64,000 nt of DNA from Octopus bimaculoides. Taxonomy: Eukaryota. The stretch is from contig NC_069007.1 in the NCBI RefSeq assembly GCF_001194135.2, positions 21,642,827-21,706,826 of the forward strand, in the 5' to 3' direction. Every line of letters starts with the position of its first letter. Within the stretch, counting starts at the first letter, position 1. A program made the position numbers and the translations under genes. A model generated the notes under the pieces. It was not told where the DNA came from and did not search any database. It saw only the letters and a program-made list of their open reading frames with translations. This document shows, one piece after another, positions 1 through 9,552 of this stretch.

Positions 1-19
1 CATACATATATATATATAC

Positions 20-52
<33 letters not shown>

Positions 53-187
53 CATACATATATATATACATACATATATATATACATACATATATATATA
101 TATATATACATATATATATACATACATACATATATACATACATACATACATATATACATACATACATATATACATACATACATATAC

Positions 188-221
<34 letters not shown>

Positions 222-222
222 A
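1..222. repeat. (TACA)n/(TA)n compound microsatellite
   Basis: Directly visible. Confidence 0.95.
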
Positions 223-739
223 CAAACAAATTGAGATGGCCGTAACAACGGTGAAAAAATATCAAAATTAATTTATTGATGCATTTGGGCAAGTCCATGC
301 CTGTATTGTCAGACTACTGCAATAGAATGTTTAAAAAAACAATTCCAAACTCTGCAAAAAGCCCGGTACAAATTCCTCATGGTTCAAAACGTTGCTCTTG
401 TGTGTGCGCGCGCGCGTGCGTGCGTGCGCTAAGAACGGTCCTGTTTCTATTTTGAAACATCGAAACAAAACAGGCACGTAAATATCCTGTTTAGAGATTG
501 GTGTAATAAAAGACCTCCCTGCTCCCGGATGTAACCCCCACCACAACCTCCGCGCACACACAGACACATTAACCCAAAAGAATCTCAGGTATATACCCAG
601 ACGCAAATACTCTTAGCCATAGAAACACACACAGAGATAAGGCTACACATGTATGCACACACACACAATTACACACGGGTACATACAACTAGATACAGTT
701 TGTCAAAGTGTTGTCGTATTGTGGGAGGCGTTGACAGTA

Positions 740-975
740 ACCTGTTGGTGGTGGTGGTGGTGGTGGTTGTAGGGAGTGGTAGGTACAAGCGGTGATGATG
801 GTGGTGGCGTGTTTGTGGTGGTAGTAGTAGTGGCGGCGGTGGCGGTGCCGCTGCTGGTGGTGGTGGTAGTTTGTGATAGATGCAAGTGTTTTGATGTTTG
901 TGGTGGTGGTGTTGATATAAGTAGAGACAATGCTAATGGTGATGGTGGTGGCGGGGATTGTGGTAGTGGTAGCAA
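740..975. repeat. (GGT)n/(GTA)n low-complexity tract
   Basis: Directly visible; abuts an N gap. Confidence 0.85.
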
Positions 976-997
976 CACTGTTATTCACTCTCTTTCT

Positions 998-1814
998 NNN
1001 NNNNNNNNNNNNNNNNNNNNNNNNNNNNNNNNNNNNNNNNNNNNNNNNNNNNNNNNNNNNNNNNNNNNNNNNNNNNNNNNNNNNNNNNNNNNNNNNNNNN
1101 NNNNNNNNNNNNNNNNNNNNNNNNNNNNNNNNNNNNNNNNNNNNNNNNNNNNNNNNNNNNNNNNNNNNNNNNNNNNNNNNNNNNNNNNNNNNNNNNNNNN
1201 NNNNNNNNNNNNNNNNNNNNNNNNNNNNNNNNNNNNNNNNNNNNNNNNNNNNNNNNNNNNNNNNNNNNNNNNNNNNNNNNNNNNNNNNNNNNNNNNNNNN
1301 NNNNNNNNNNNNNNNNNNNNNNNNNNNNNNNNNNNNNNNNNNNNNNNNNNNNNNNNNNNNNNNNNNNNNNNNNNNNNNNNNNNNNNNNNNNNNNNNNNNN
1401 NNNNNNNNNNNNNNNNNNNNNNNNNNNNNNNNNNNNNNNNNNNNNNNNNNNNNNNNNNNNNNNNNNNNNNNNNNNNNNNNNNNNNNNNNNNNNNNNNNNN
1501 NNNNNNNNNNNNNNNNNNNNNNNNNNNNNNNNNNNNNNNNNNNNNNNNNNNNNNNNNNNNNNNNNNNNNNNNNNNNNNNNNNNNNNNNNNNNNNNNNNNN
1601 NNNNNNNNNNNNNNNNNNNNNNNNNNNNNNNNNNNNNNNNNNNNNNNNNNNNNNNNNNNNNNNNNNNNNNNNNNNNNNNNNNNNNNNNNNNNNNNNNNNN
1701 NNNNNNNNNNNNNNNNNNNNNNNNNNNNNNNNNNNNNNNNNNNNNNNNNNNNNNNNNNNNNNNNNNNNNNNNNNNNNNNNNNNNNNNNNNNNNNNNNNNN
1801 NNNNNNNNNNNNNN
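998..1814. other. Assembly gap (N run); other gaps near 5154-5165, 19274-19570, 43204-43213, 57651-57667, 59306-59315
   Basis: N characters. Confidence 0.99.
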
Positions 1815-2572
1815 GGGTCGATAATGTGCATACCAGTGAAATACTGGAGAGGGGAGCGATATAATTGCCTTTCCCCCTTTCTCGAAATCGCTGTCCTTGC
1901 ACCAAAATTTGGAACCAATATTATTATCACTTAGATTCACAAAATAAAGCAGGGAGCTGACAGATTTGTCAGCACATCAGGCAAACTGCTTGGCACTTTG
2001 TTCTACTGAGGTTGGTGTGTTTACATCCTGGCAACCTAGCAGTTCAGCAAAAGAGACCAATGAAATAAATAGCGGACTTGAAAAGAAGTGTCGGAGTTGA
2101 TTTGTTCAAGTAAGCCCTTAAAGGCAGTGCCCCAGCATGGCCACAGTCCAAACGAGTAAAAGATGAAAGGAAAGACAATGGCAGACTTATAGAAGCTCTG
2201 AACAAAAGTATTCCATCCACGACCACCCCTCTGTTAATGAGTATCCGGGACTATATTATGTAATGCATTTGATTTTTATCTTTACCAATGATGAAGGTTT
2301 GATGGAGTTGACCTGTTATTTCTAGCAGGTTAACTGACCTGTTAGAGGCTCCATCTTTGCCTTGTGTGAGGTCTTATAGTTGTTGTTGCTTAGACTGTTA
2401 TCGAAAACAGTCCACCCATGCCCATCCTGAATCTATTTTCACACGATATACCTAAAAGTACATTATTCAAGGTGTCCTTCAGTATTTCCCCTTTCAGATG
2501 TGGTTTGGTGGGAATTTTGCTTCTATTTTTAGCAGGTCAGGTAATAACTTGAATGCTTCACATTGTTTCATG

Positions 2573-2614
<42 letters not shown>

Positions 2615-2858
2615 ATGCGGAGGCGCAATGGCCCAGTGGTTAGGGCAGCGGGCTCGCGGTTTCAATTCCCAGACCGGGCATTGAGTGTTTGGTCAGCCCG
2701 AGGCTATAGTAGAAGACGCTTTTCCAGGTTGTCATGAGACAGAAACCAAATCTTAGTAATTGAGAAGGAAACTTCTTAAAACCCCATGCCCTCCACCCCT
2801 ACCTGCATTTTTATGTTTTTATAAATTTCTAATTTCAGTTTTTCTAAACGAGTCCACA

Positions 2859-2908
2859 ATGAAAATTTTATCAATTTGCTTCATATTGTCCCTGGCTCTT
2901 ATCCTTGG
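2859..2908 (+). CDS. SOUL-like gene coding exon 1 (signal peptide MKILSICFILSLALILG)
   Basis: ATG at 2859; hydrophobic run; donor GG|GTAAGT at 2909, phase 2; upstream acceptor TTTCAG at 2838. Confidence 0.8.
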
Positions 2909-5101
2909 GTAAGTTGTATCTCTTTTCATCATCATCATCATTGTTTAATGTCCATTTTCCACGCTGACATGGGTTGGACAGTTTCACAGGAGCTGGTCAG
3001 CCGGGCAGATGTCCAGATTCCGACTGTCTGTTGTGGCATGGTCTCTACAACCGGATGCCCTTCCTAACAGAGTGTGCTGGGAGCTTTCTGTGTGCCACCA
3101 GCACAGATGCATTTACACAACTCTGGTGGCACGAGTGCCTTTTATGTGGCACCTGTAAAGGATGAGCCTGTATGTGTGAAGATGGGGGATTTCACTTAGT
3201 TACTGATCCTTATTTTTATCGATCCCTTTTCATTTTTTTTTTCTTATGGTTTCGTCCAAGGTTTAAAGTTAGATTTAGTGTAAGACAGTTCCACTGACCT
3301 TCTTTCTACAGATCCTGCCAAGTCGACTGAGAAGTCAAGGTTGGAAAGAACTCCCGACTCCTAGATTAATGCTAAGAAGGAGTTCAAAGTATTGAGTAAT
3401 CTTCAATTGAACCAGGATCGCTATATTTGATGCCTAAAAACAATCCAAGAATATGATTGCGATTCACTAGAATATCACCAACGGCTTCAAAAAATCTGAC
3501 CATTCAGCACTTCATATGGAACCAGATCTAATACTTCCATCTTTGGTGTACTTTTTTTTAGCAAGACCACCACATTTTAGCCACTACTGACAGCAGATGG
3601 CAGACATCAGACTGATCACAGAAGGCAAGTGTTAGCAGACAGTAGCAGAACCAGCAACTGGCTAGAGTGCTGCAACAATACAAAAACTATGGACTTACAG
3701 TGGCTGCAATGCACAATGATCAGCTAATACTATGACAGTGACTGCTATTTTACCCAGTCCAAGAACAATAAGCTTTCAACTATTTTGCTGTTTGTCATTC
3801 ATAGAAATAACATGTTTTTTATTTTGTTTACAAATAAAAATTTTGCTAAGTTAATTTTTCTATTGTGGAATAACTTTAATCGTATTTCCTAAATTTCCCT
3901 TTCAGGGTCTGTGATAATACTTCGCTACCTGTAAAGTCAATTCCTGCAGGCGTGTACATTACAACCACACTTGACAACCTTGACATTTTTACAGCACTTG
4001 AGAAAATAAAGAACTTCTGTGCCGGAGGAAACAGCTTACGTAAGATAACTCTATCCCTTAGCCTTATTAGTGTTGCTGCTGCTGTTGTGGGTGTAAGGCG
4101 TTTTGGCATTGATGAGTCAATGATGCCTTATTTGACATCAGACATTTTAATCTTTCTTTCTTTCTTTCTCTCCTTCTTATCTCTATCACTTTTTCTCTCT
4201 CTCTATCTGTCTGTCTGTTTTTCCCCCTCTTTTCCTGTCTCTCCTTCCCTCCTTCTCTTCACCTCCTCCCTCTCTCTCTCTGCTTATGTGTGTGAGCATC
4301 TAGTTATGTTTGTATGTCTAATACCTCTCTCTCTCTCTGTTTCTTTTTTTGTATGTTTGTATGAGTGTATTTCTCTGTGAATGAGTAGAGGGAAAAGTGT
4401 TTATACCGCCCTCTTTCACTCTCTCTCTCTCTCTCTCCTTATATGTGTGTGTGTGTGTGTGTGATCATAAGGTTGAGATATTTTCACTTTCATATAACGT
4501 AGGGAATGGGTGCTTGCGTATGTGTGTGTGTTTGTATGTATGTACATGTGTGCATGTACAAATGTATGTGTATGTGTGTGTATAAGTGTATGTATAAAAA
4601 AAAAAACAAAGACTGAATACAGCTTGGCACCTGTGACGTTGCGACTCATTTGTACAGCTGAGTGAACTGGAGCAACATGAAATAAAGTGTCTTGCTCAAG
4701 AACACAACTCACAGCCTGGTACAGGAATCGAACTCACTACCTCAGGATTGTGAGCCCCGCATGCTCACCACTTTATCCAGTTGACTATAGCATAACAGTC
4801 ATTATGTGATAGCATAATGGTAGGAGTTGGTGGCAGCATCAAAGACGGTCTTTCTCTCATTTAACAATTCTCTGTTTACAGAAAACCACTTCCACTGTAA
4901 GGGTCTGATTGTCCAAGGGGAGAGACGCAATCCCGCAATTGGAGGTTTAAAATGGAAATATGTCTTCAGTATGCCGCTCGACTTTGTCAATTTGACTAAC
5001 CTACCACTTCCTAACGATCGCTCGGTAAGATGTTTGATTATTAATTGTAAAACATGCACACACACACACACATGCATACATGCAGAACATACATCAAAAG
5101 A

Positions 5102-5132
<31 letters not shown>

Positions 5133-7123
5133 TACTAGCTTAAAAGCCTCCCTNNNNNNNNNNNNTATATATATATATATATATATATATATTACTAGCT
5201 TAAAAGCCTCCCTATCGGAGGGCTTTTAAGTTAGCTCCTATGGAGAGCTCTCCATTGGTCCTTGGGCCCAACAATGACACTTCATGCATTGAGTATATAT
5301 TAAATTTCATTGAATTTGGACAATATTTTTCAAGCAATGAACAATTTTCATCAAAACAATGATATAATTTGTGGACTTGGAACTTACTGCAAAGCTGCAT
5401 GACAAGCAACATTTTGTGTCTTCTTATTCGGGGGTCAGAATAGTTTTTTACTTCTGTCTAACCTCTTTCTTTCTCTCTTTCTCTGTTGATTGTTTTGGAC
5501 CATCACCAGTCTTTCACATTGTTTACTATCACCGTCATCCCTCACTGCCCCAGCTACCACCACCATGGAGATAGATAGGCAGGTGGATAACTGGATAGAT
5601 AGATGGATATGAGCAATGTGAGAACTATTTGTACAAAATAGCAAACTTTATATGCTACTTAATGTAGATGTATTATAAGAATGCCACAATACTGTGGTGT
5701 TCCTCTTGACAGAGTGTCATATTAAGTATCTGAAAGTAAAGAAAAATCAGTCGCAGATGAAAGTTGTTCAGTAACAGTGATTTCAGCATGTTTGCACATC
5801 ATCAGCAGTAGGCATCTGCCTAATTAGGCACTGATGTTGAAAAAAACTGTTGGGCTGCATAAAAATAGATATTAATGATGGAAGCAAGATTAAGTACCAA
5901 ACAGCAAACTTCATAACTTACTTAATGTGGATGTAGTGTAAGAATGCAGAAATACTGCGATATTCACCTCGAGAGAACGTCAAGTTCCACCAAAGTCGAC
6001 TTTGCCTTTCACTCTTTCGGGGTTGATAAAATACCAGTTGAATACTAGCGTATCGATCTATTCAACTTAGCCCCTCCCGACAAACTACTGGCCGTGTGTC
6101 AAAATTTGAAACCAATATTTTAAACTTTTCTTCATTTCAGCTCAAATTGGACTTCCATCTTGGCACCCCAAAAAGCATATCTGAAAAATGCTTTTCAAAA
6201 CCTATTCCAGTGGGGCAAGTTTATCAAAAATTGATTGAAGTTTACAATCAAACACAAAATACTTTACAGAAAAACTGGTTCTACATGACTGGCTTCAAAA
6301 ACCTAGAAACATCTCCAACCTTCAGGTGAATATATATACATATATATACTCTTTTACTTGTTTCAGTCATTTGACTGCGGCCATGCTGGAGCACCGCCTT
6401 TAGTCGAGCAAATCGACCTCAGGACTTATTCTTTGTAAGCCTGGTAATTGTTCTACCGGTCTCTTTTTGCCGAACTGCTAAGTTACGGGAATGTAAACAC
6501 ACCACCATCAGTTGTCAAGCGTTGATGGGGGGACAAACACAGACACACACACACATATAATCGACGGGCTTCTTTCAGTTTCCATCTACCAAATCCACTC
6601 ACAAGGCTTTGGTCGGCCTGAGGCTATAGTAGTAGACACTTGCCCAAGGTGCCACACAGTGGGACTGAACCCGGAACCATGTGGTTGGTAAGCAAGCTAC
6701 TTACCACACTGCCACTCCTGCCCCTACATAGATATATATATATATCTTTTAAATTTGTTTACAAGAATGGCTCCTGCTGGCATTAAAAACAGTAGTGACA
6801 TCGATTCCTACAGAACAGCCACATTGATGTGGCAGTAAACATCACTTCTCTCTATAGTCACTACTTTCATTCCTTCCAGAGATCTAACTTTCTACCTTGC
6901 TTGTATATATATATATATATATATATCAGTCTGAGTAAAAGACCAGCCTAACAGGCAATACAACTCTGGATTTACAATATAGAATGGGGATGAACTATAA
7001 TCTTGGCCCCTACCACAAGAATGTGCAGAGTTCTCCTCTAATCTAAAAACTTTTGTTAGCCTGGTGTATTAACAAAATGTTTACGTATTTTGCCCGACTT
7101 AATAACTCTCTTTTCTCACTCAT

Positions 7124-7158
<35 letters not shown>

Positions 7159-9552
7159 TTATGTGTGTGTATATATACATATATGAGTATGTATTTGTTG
7201 TATATACATAAATATGTTTGTTGTTTCTTTGTCGTTTCAGTAAATTATGGTTTGACAAAAGCCCATATTTTACTCGACGCAAACCTGCCCCTGATGACAG
7301 CAATATTCTAAGTCTCTGCTCAGGAAATTGTAAGTTTCTTCTTTATCACAATGTAGGAGTGTAACCTGTTCGTCAGTCAAGTAGACTGATGGGAAACGGT
7401 TATGTCCCTTGCCAACATGAACCACAACAGAATGGCTTTAGTCACTAAGTTTAAATTGAGATATTCCTTAGTTCAGAGGTTCCCAAACTGGGGTGCATGG
7501 ACCCCTCGTAGTCTGCAAAGGTACTACTGAGGGTCTATGAACTAAATTCAAAATTTCATATACATAATCACCCACTACACTCTCAAATCAGATTGGAGCC
7601 TGGTGTAGCCATCTGGTTCACCAGTCCTCAGTCAAATCGTCCAACCCATGCCAGCATGGAAAGCGGACGTTAAACAATGATGATGATGATGATGATGGAT
7701 ACAAGACAAAGCCATTGCCAACAGTGACATTTAACAGAAGAATCTGCATCCCAAAGGGTTAAAGTGTGAAAGAGTGACAAGAACAGGTATCTTGCAATAG
7801 AAGAGATACATGGAGGAGGTTGGCAGTGAAGATGTGTCAGGACATTCCATCGTATTACAGGAAGGTGAATAAAGAAAAATGGTGTGAAGGCAATTAAGTA
7901 AATTTAATGTTATGACGACAAACGATTTCTTTTCTCCCCCGTCTCTCATCTTCCTTCTTTATCTTTCACAGCTGGATACAATTGTCCAAATACAACATAC
8001 TGTTTTAAAGACAACATCGAGACACGCAAAATGTCCATGTACATTGTGACTGGCGAGGCAAAAGACTACGCAGAGCAGAACTGTTCGTATAATACTGCAG
8101 TCATGGATCAGTATATGAACAACCACAGATACTTCAGGGGTGAGTACCGTTTCATTAGATTATGCCCATAATGGAGCCGTGCCTTCAAGAATTTTAGTCA
8201 ATCCTAGGAACCCAAGGTTTATTACAATCTGGTATTTATTTTATTGGTTTCTAATTATGGAGCAACTAAGTCAGCATTATCATTTTTTTTTGTTTTTTGT
8301 TTGTCATTATAAGTGCAGGTGTGGCTGTGTGGTAAGAAGCTTGCTTCCCAACCACCTGGTTCCAGGTTCAGTCTCACTGTGTGGCACCTTGGGCAAGTGT
8401 CTTCTACTATAGTATCATACCGACACCAAAGCCATGTGAGTGGCTCTGAACATTGAGCCATGTGCCTTCACAAAGGTACTTTATAGGTCACCTGTATAAG
8501 TTTAATTGCTAATGAATTTGCCACCAATAAATAAATAAATAAATAGACAGGGAATTGAATTTTGTAATCAATAGTTTGATCTCCAATTCCTTTGATTGCA
8601 GGAAGAAATAGTTTGAACTTGACAATGAGTAGGACCATTCCTGTAATGACGAAGATCACAAAGCAACCAGCTCAAAGTACTTGTCCACAGAAATACCAGA
8701 TGCAGTTCTATGTTCATAAGGAGCCACCACCATGCCCAACCAATGTGAGTAACTCTGAGACAACATTTTCAATTCCATATACAGCAGAGTAAATGTGTGC
8801 GTGCGTGTGTTTTTAGTGTTTTGTGTGCGTTTTTTTTTTTTTTGTGAGTGTGTGTGTTTGTGGATAATCAGAATGTATAAGACGAGAACCATTTGGCTCA
8901 TGATTGTAAGGTTGAGATTTCAATTCCTGGAGGCACATTGCATCCTTGAGGAAGACATTTTATCTCATGTGACCCCAGCTGGCAAAAATGAGTAGTATCT
9001 GTATTTCAAAGGGCCAGCCTTGTTCCATTCTGTGTCACACTGAGAACTATGTTAACCAATTTAAAACTGTTGATGTAAACTTTCAGACACAGTCCACGTT
9101 TTAAATCGGTTGATGTACATTTACATCACCTGGTTGTGTATTTGCATCAGTTGACTTAAAGATACACTGTTGCCTGAGCTAGTTCCGACATGACAATATA
9201 AATATATATATACTCTAATATCCACATATCTATATATATATTATATATACCCTGATATCCACTTATCATATACACTCAGGTATCCATTTCTAATCTCTCT
9301 TTGCAGTCAAACGTTCTGCTGGAATTGCTCACTGATATGGAGGTGTACGTAAAAGCATTTTATGGATATGCTAACAATGCCATGGATTTCCTCTACCAAC
9401 ACTTTAGCCAAGAACTCACTTCGAAACAACGCTCATATGTCACGGATCAATACTACTTGTCAGTATTCAGAGGTCACGGTCCAGCCTTTGGAAGGCGCAT
9501 TGAGATTTGGATACTGAAGAATCCACTTGCTTGTTCCAGACAATGCAACTAA
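2859..9552 (+). CDS. Secreted tandem SOUL/haem-binding-protein-like gene (HEBP2/SOUL family), spliced CDS join(2859..2908,3906..4039,4882..5024,6141..6325,7241..7329,7972..8139,8602..8744,9307..9552), 385 aa
   Basis: All 7 introns are GT-AG and phases chain correctly (2,1,0,2,1,1,0). Total 1158 nt is an open frame ending in TAA. N-terminus MKILSICFILSLALILG is signal-peptide-like. C-terminal half has SOUL-family motifs: YFRGRN..TMSRTIPV, YQMQFYV..EPPPCPTNSNV, MEVYVKAFYGYA, YYLSVF..GRRIEIW. N-terminal half has diverged equivalents. Confidence 0.85.
3906..4039 (+). CDS. SOUL-like gene exon 2 (VCDNTSLPVKSIPAGVYITTTLDNLDIFTALEKIKNFCAGGNSL)
   Basis: TTTCAG acceptor, C|GTAAGA donor, 134 nt, phase 2 to 1. 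Confidence 0.85.
4882..5024 (+). CDS. SOUL-like gene exon 3 (NHFHCKGLIVQGERRNPAIGGLKWKYVFSMPLDFVNLTNLPLPNDRS)
   Basis: TTTACAG acceptor, GTAAGA donor, 143 nt, only one open frame, phase 1 to 0. Confidence 0.85.
6141..6325 (+). CDS. SOUL-like gene exon 4 (LKLDFHLGTPK...NWFYMTGFKNLETSPTF)
   Basis: TTTCAG acceptor, AG|GTGAAT donor, 185 nt, phase 0 to 2. Confidence 0.85.
6345..6725 (-). mobile_element. tRNA-derived SINE, family A (full-length copy)
   Basis: Head GGAGTGGCAGTGTGGTAAG...GGTTCAGTCCCAC, body CCTTGGGCAAGTGTC, internal microsatellite, tail CATGGCCGCAGTCAAATGACTGAAACAAGTAAAAGA; many similar copies in window. Confidence 0.85.
7241..7329 (+). CDS. SOUL-like gene exon 5 (KLWFDKSPYFTRRKPAPDDSNILSLCSGN; inter-domain linker)
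   Basis: GTTTCAG acceptor, GTAAGT donor, 89 nt, phase 2 to 1. Confidence 0.85.
7972..8139 (+). CDS. SOUL-like gene exon 6 (GYNCPNTTYCFKDNIETRKMSMYIVTG...YMNNHRYFR)
   Basis: TTTCACAG acceptor, GTGAGT donor, 168 nt, phase 1 to 1. Confidence 0.87.
8602..8744 (+). CDS. SOUL-like gene exon 7 (GRNSLNLTMSRTIPVMTKI...YQMQFYVHKEPPPCPTN)
   Basis: TTGCAG acceptor, GTGAGT donor, 143 nt, phase 1 to 0; SOUL MTxPV-like and PPxP motifs. Confidence 0.88.
9307..9552 (+). CDS. SOUL-like gene last exon (SNVLLELLTDMEVYVKAFYGYA...GRRIEIWILKNPLACSRQCN*)
   Basis: TTGCAG acceptor, phase 0, stop at 9550-9552; matches SOUL VYVRxFxGY and RRxEIW motifs. Confidence 0.9.
   Translation, partial: SNVLLELLTDMEVYVKAFYGYANNAMDFLYQHFSQELTSKQRSYVTDQYYLSVFRGHGPAFGRRIEIWILKNPLACSRQCN

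Noticed and set aside
689-1940. Long ORFs containing runs of X (also 19057-19723)
   Set aside because: They are artefacts of translating through N gaps plus low-complexity flanks.
2498-2541. Exon-like segment upstream of the SOUL ATG
   Set aside because: It cannot be phased into the CDS; at most a 5'-UTR exon, and unsupported without RNA data.
5100-5213. Direct repeat across the N gap (also 59249-59372)
   Set aside because: Identical sequence on both sides of a short placeholder gap indicates an unmerged contig overlap, not a biological duplication.
5770-5820. Minus-strand CTGATGA...GAAA motif
   Set aside because: Helix II is poor and there is no complementary helix I strand after a valid NUH.
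7291-7332. CTGATGA...GAAA on the + strand
   Set aside because: It lies in a SOUL coding exon (codons P-D-D) and has no helix I or III.
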